Below, in pieces: positions 28,502 through 32,000 of a DNA stretch of 32,000 nt. This DNA is from Flavobacteriaceae bacterium (GTDB lineage Bacteria; Bacteroidota; Bacteroidia; Flavobacteriales; Flavobacteriaceae), in the NCBI GenBank assembly GCA_965224465.1, contig OZ245049.1, forward strand, positions 2,280,001 to 2,312,000, read 5' to 3'. How positions within the stretch are numbered: position 1 is the stretch's first letter; every line of letters starts with the position of its first letter. A program made the position numbers and the translations under genes. The notes under the pieces were generated by a model. That model saw only the letters and a program-made list of their open reading frames with translations, searched no databases and was not told where the DNA came from.

Positions 28502-28610
28502 AAAAACCTTAACACAAACAAGCTCGTAGAACAAATATCAAATTTAAAACAGAAAGTATAAAAATTGTCCGTAAATTTGTCCGTGTACGTAAAAACGTCC
28601 GCAAATAAAT

Positions 28611-30818
28611 ATGGCAACAATAAACTTTTACTTAGACAAACCTGATAAAAAAGGATTTGCACCAATTCATTTGAGAATAAACTGTAATGGAAGTCAAATA
28701 AAACTATCTACAGGACAGAAAATACAACCAAAAAAGTTTGACAAAAAAAACCAACAAGCAATAGGGTTAAGTAATGAATCTAACGAAATAAATCACTATT
28801 TAAATTTTTTGACAGAAAGAGCAGACGAACTTTTACACCATTCTAATAAAAAGATATTTATTCAAGATGAAGTTAAAACGATTTTAAATGAGCATATCAA
28901 TAACTACAAAGAGAACAACAATGTAACTATTGTTAGAGAACAAATTCCTCTCTACGGTAAGCCGTTCACTTTTGTAGATTTATTTGCGGGTGCAGGTGGA
29001 TTTAGTGAAGGATTTTTACAAGCAGAATCTAATAATAAATTTTTCGATTTTATCGTAGCAAATGACATCAACGAAAACTGTGAATTAACTCACGTAGTCC
29101 GTTATAATCATCAACTAGGATTAGATGCTGAATTTTTAAGACAAGACATCACTGAACCCGATTTTTTAGACAATCTCTTAACCAAAATTAAAGGAAAAAA
29201 AATAGATGTAGTTTGTGGAGGACCACCATGTCAAAGCTTTAGTCTAGCGGGAAAAAGAAGGAAATTTGACAAAAAAGACGATTTATTCACTCACTATCTA
29301 GAAGTAATTAAGGTATTACAACCAAAATACTTTGTAATGGAAAATGTGAAGGGAATTCTAACTAAAGAAGGCGGAAAAATAAAGGAATTAATCATTAAAG
29401 AAATCAATTCTATTGTTGACATTAAAGAGATCCCATTACTAAATTCATTCATAAAAAAAGTAAGAAAAGAATCAAATGCTTTTCTTTTTGATAGTCTTAT
29501 AAAAAGAGTAGAACTTGAAAAATTACTTGAGAAAGACAAAGAATCTGGAAGAGCAGATTTTATTCAATTTGTGGAAAATAGATTCAAAAAGTTAATCCCT
29601 AAAATAGCAGATTACAAGACCAGTAAAACAGACGAAAACATCCATACAATTCGACATGGATTTAATCTATTAGCACGCGCAAAGGAATGGAACAAACTAA
29701 AAAGGGATATAATAAAAGAGAAAGATTTTTGTAATATTGATAGTGATAATTTTGTTAACACATTTACAGTTTTTCTTACAGAAATAGGTTCTGAAAATAT
29801 TATTTCAAAAATTGAAACCGCTTTCAAATCTTTAAAAGTTCCTACAAACTACAAAAAAGATTGTGCAGACATTATAATTGCTCTAAAAATATACACAACC
29901 TCTTTTGATGAATCAATAGAAATCTTAAAAACTCATTGTAACGTATCACAAAAAAAGGAATTGGGTACAATTCTTGAAAGCATTAGACTCTATAAAATAG
30001 AAAAACCTTTTGTTGCTAACGCATCAAATTATGGAGTTCCTCAAAATAGAGAAAGAGTTCTTTTTATTGGCTGTCGTAAAGACCAAAAATACATTTCTGA
30101 AATACCAGCAACAGTATCAGAAAAAGAGAAAGTAACTATTTTTGAAGCACTTTATGACCTAGATTTTATTGGAAACAATCAAGAAGCACATCATTATGAA
30201 TTGATTGATATTTCAACACAATATAACGGAAAATCGAAAAAAATGACTAAGCTTCTTAAAAAAAGAAATATAGACGGAAAACCGAATATTAAATCCGGAA
30301 AAACTTTTGCTGAATGGTCAAAAAAAGGAAGGTTAATTGATCGTTTCAAGCCACAAACAAAGCCTTTCTATGTTAAAAACACCCAAGGACTAGAGAATGG
30401 AGAAAAATATTTTGATTCTCTTAACAATCACAAAACAAGCAATCAAAATGAAACAGTAATTGAGCGCCTTAAAGTTATTTTAAAAAATGGCACTTATAAA
30501 AAAGCACAAACTCAGTTAGAAAAACTTAATCTTTCTTCAAAAAAGAGAAATTATAATGTTTTAAAACCAGATCAACAAAGTTCTACAATAATGACTATTC
30601 CAGATGATTATGTTCATTATAATTCTCCTCGTGCATTAACGGTTAGAGAAATGGCACGCCTACAATCATTTGATGATTCCTTTGTTTTTCAAGGAAAACG
30701 TTCAACTGGAGGAAACAATAGAAAAACTGAAGTGCCACAATACACACTTGTTGGAAATGCAGTTCCTCCATTGTTAGCAAGAGCAGTTGCAAATGAAATT
30801 TTAAAACACATCAAGTGA
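28611..30818 (+). CDS. DNA (cytosine-5)-methyltransferase fused to an N-terminal integrase-type Arm DNA-binding domain
   Basis: C5-MTase motifs: I FVDLFAGAGGFSEGF (aa 121-135), IV GGPPCQSFS (C207), VI ENVKG (244-248), VIII QNRERV (478-483), X GNAVPPLLA. Residues 1 to about 100 (MATINFYLDKPDKKGFAPIHLRINCNGSQIKLSTGQKI..) resemble the N-terminus of Bacteroidota tyrosine integrases. No other ATG lies upstream of motif I. Confidence 0.88.
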   Translation: MATINFYLDKPDKKGFAPIHLRINCNGSQIKLSTGQKIQPKKFDKKNQQAIGLSNESNEINHYLNFLTERADELLHHSNKKIFIQDEVKTILNEHINNYKENNNVTIVREQIPLYGKPFTFVDLFAGAGGFSEGFLQAESNNKFFDFIVANDINENCELTHVVRYNHQLGLDAEFLRQDITEPDFLDNLLTKIKGKKIDVVCGGPPCQSFSLAGKRRKFDKKDDLFTHYLEVIKVLQPKYFVMENVKGILTKEGGKIKELIIKEINSIVDIKEIPLLNSFIKKVRKESNAFLFDSLIKRVELEKLLEKDKESGRADFIQFVENRFKKLIPKIADYKTSKTDENIHTIRHGFNLLARAKEWNKLKRDIIKEKDFCNIDSDNFVNTFTVFLTEIGSENIISKIETAFKSLKVPTNYKKDCADIIIALKIYTTSFDESIEILKTHCNVSQKKELGTILESIRLYKIEKPFVANASNYGVPQNRERVLFIGCRKDQKYISEIPATVSEKEKVTIFEALYDLDFIGNNQEAHHYELIDISTQYNGKSKKMTKLLKKRNIDGKPNIKSGKTFAEWSKKGRLIDRFKPQTKPFYVKNTQGLENGEKYFDSLNNHKTSNQNETVIERLKVILKNGTYKKAQTQLEKLNLSSKKRNYNVLKPDQQSSTIMTIPDDYVHYNSPRALTVREMARLQSFDDSFVFQGKRSTGGNNRKTEVPQYTLVGNAVPPLLARAVANEILKHIK

Positions 30819-31993
30819 GAAACCTAACAGAATCAGAACAAAAAAAGATAAAATTACTAACAAAAAACCAAGTATCTATTACACTAATTGAACCTACTGA
30901 AACTGGGCTAAAAAAATCTATTATGGATGCTACAGGTTCAGTACGTAATTTTTTAAAAAACGAGAACATTCACAATTTTGAGTTACAAAAACAGGGGCCT
31001 AATTACAAGGTACTAATTCCTACTGTTATTCATACTGAATTTAAAACAACTAAATCAACAGCATCTTTATACCGTCCTGTCACCAAAAGTGGAGACCCTA
31101 GAATTTGGTTCTATAAAATGACAAAGATTGCAGCAGCAAATGACATTGTAGCAATCACATATTTTGACGGTAGTTTTCATGTTTTTAACCTTACACAACT
31201 AGATATTGAAACTTTAGTAAATTCTTCTATTCAAAACCCCTTACAAGATTTAATCAGAGAAATTAATAGTACAGAAAATGAAGTAGCATTTGAGCTTTTA
31301 GGAATGTTAAGAAAAATAGCGAGTGCTGGTCCAATTCCTTCAATGGTTGACGCTGACACTTCTGTTGGAAGAACACTCGAGACCGCACTTGGAATTGCAA
31401 TAAATTCTTCAAGAAAACCAGATTATAAAGGGATTGAATTAAAGTCTTTTAGAAAAAGCAGAACAAATAGGAAAAATCTATTTGCACAAGTTCCAGATTG
31501 GAGTTTAAGTAAATTTAAAAGTTCTACCGAAATTCTGAATAATTTCGGATATGAACGTGGTCAGGATTTTAAGCTATATTGTACAGCTTCAGCAATTACA
31601 AGAAATTCACAAGGTCTGAATCTTAGAATTAATAATGACTTAAAACAATTGATTGAGAATTCAGATAAGCCAGAAATTGGAGACTTTGTTATCTGGACTT
31701 TAGATAAACTTCACAACCGACTAAAAGAAAAGCACAAAGAAACATTTTGGGTTGAAGCAGAAAGTACGAGAATAAATAACCGTGAGCATTTTCAATACAA
31801 ATTAGTTGAGCACACAAAAAAACCTATAACTTCTCAGTTTGATTTACTAATTGACCAAGGAATTATAACGCTTGACCATTTAATTAAACGAAACTCAAAA
31901 GGGAGAGTCGTTGAAAAGGGTCCCTTATTTAAAATTAAACCGAAGGGAATTGAACTTCTTTTCCCTCCTAGTGAAAGTTATCTTTTAATTTAA
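30815..31993 (+). CDS. Putative type II restriction endonuclease, MvaI/BcnI (MutH-like) catalytic core with an extra N-terminal domain
   Basis: The GTG start overlaps the MTase TGA stop (GTGA). PDYKGIELK gives D203-x4-E208-x-K210, the same spacing as the D-x4-E-x-K site I recall for BcnI/MvaI. An upstream GRTLETALGI segment is present. The first roughly 170 aa are unassigned. The alternative ATG start is at residue 37. Confidence 0.55.
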   Translation: MRNLTESEQKKIKLLTKNQVSITLIEPTETGLKKSIMDATGSVRNFLKNENIHNFELQKQGPNYKVLIPTVIHTEFKTTKSTASLYRPVTKSGDPRIWFYKMTKIAAANDIVAITYFDGSFHVFNLTQLDIETLVNSSIQNPLQDLIREINSTENEVAFELLGMLRKIASAGPIPSMVDADTSVGRTLETALGIAINSSRKPDYKGIELKSFRKSRTNRKNLFAQVPDWSLSKFKSSTEILNNFGYERGQDFKLYCTASAITRNSQGLNLRINNDLKQLIENSDKPEIGDFVIWTLDKLHNRLKEKHKETFWVEAESTRINNREHFQYKLVEHTKKPITSQFDLLIDQGIITLDHLIKRNSKGRVVEKGPLFKIKPKGIELLFPPSESYLLI

Positions 31994-32000
31994 TCTGAAT

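Noticed and set aside
28586-28600. ACGTAAAAA upstream of the MTase resembling the CACGTAAAAATA core of the CRISPR repeat
   Set aside because: Only about 9 nt are shared, in AT-rich sequence with no extended similarity, so I treat it as coincidence.
24609-29827. Assorted 60-81-aa ORFs antisense to, or out of frame in, the metallophosphoesterase, polA and MTase genes
   Set aside because: All lie within longer ORFs that have strong family motifs, and none has a recognisable motif of its own.

Overview
AT-rich chromosomal segment (about 30-35% GC by eye). Gene content and TAnnTTTG-type promoter boxes point to Bacteroidota/Flavobacteriia.

Layout:
- Left: the rimP-nusA-infB operon (minus strand), a tandem-Usp protein, a hemG-like flavodoxin and a BlaI/BlaR1-like repressor/M56-peptidase pair.
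- Centre (about 9.7-19.2 kb): a minimal type II-C CRISPR-Cas locus, cas9 (1584 aa)-cas1-cas2, followed by 40 identical 47-nt repeats and 39 spacers.
- Right: tRNA-Gln, a DUF2723/TMEM260-like membrane glycosyltransferase, a NodB-type deacetylase, a cysteine-less thioredoxin-like protein, a membrane metallophosphoesterase, polA, and a type II R-M pair.

Most interesting points:
1. A tracrRNA is predicted on the minus strand just upstream of, and divergent from, cas9. It has a perfect 24-nt anti-repeat and an ACAAUAAGG nexus-like junction. It implies crRNAs are read antisense to the cas operon.
2. The tracrRNA 3' hairpin module is tandemly duplicated with compensatory stem changes.
3. Each repeat carries a near-consensus Bacteroidota promoter (TTG-N19-TATTTTTA) plus a GNRA-capped mini-hairpin.
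4. The array has clustered non-30-nt spacers (22-34 nt) and several pairs of diverged cognate spacers.
5. A MITE-like element family with about 26-bp terminal inverted repeats flanks hemG. At 23.7-24.3 kb its two halves are amplified into separate tandem arrays.
6. The R-M methyltransferase is a C5 enzyme fused to an integrase-type Arm DNA-binding N-terminus, with a roughly 190-aa insertion in the catalytic core. Its partner is an MvaI/BcnI-like nuclease.

Everything here comes from reading the sequence; no database search was run.
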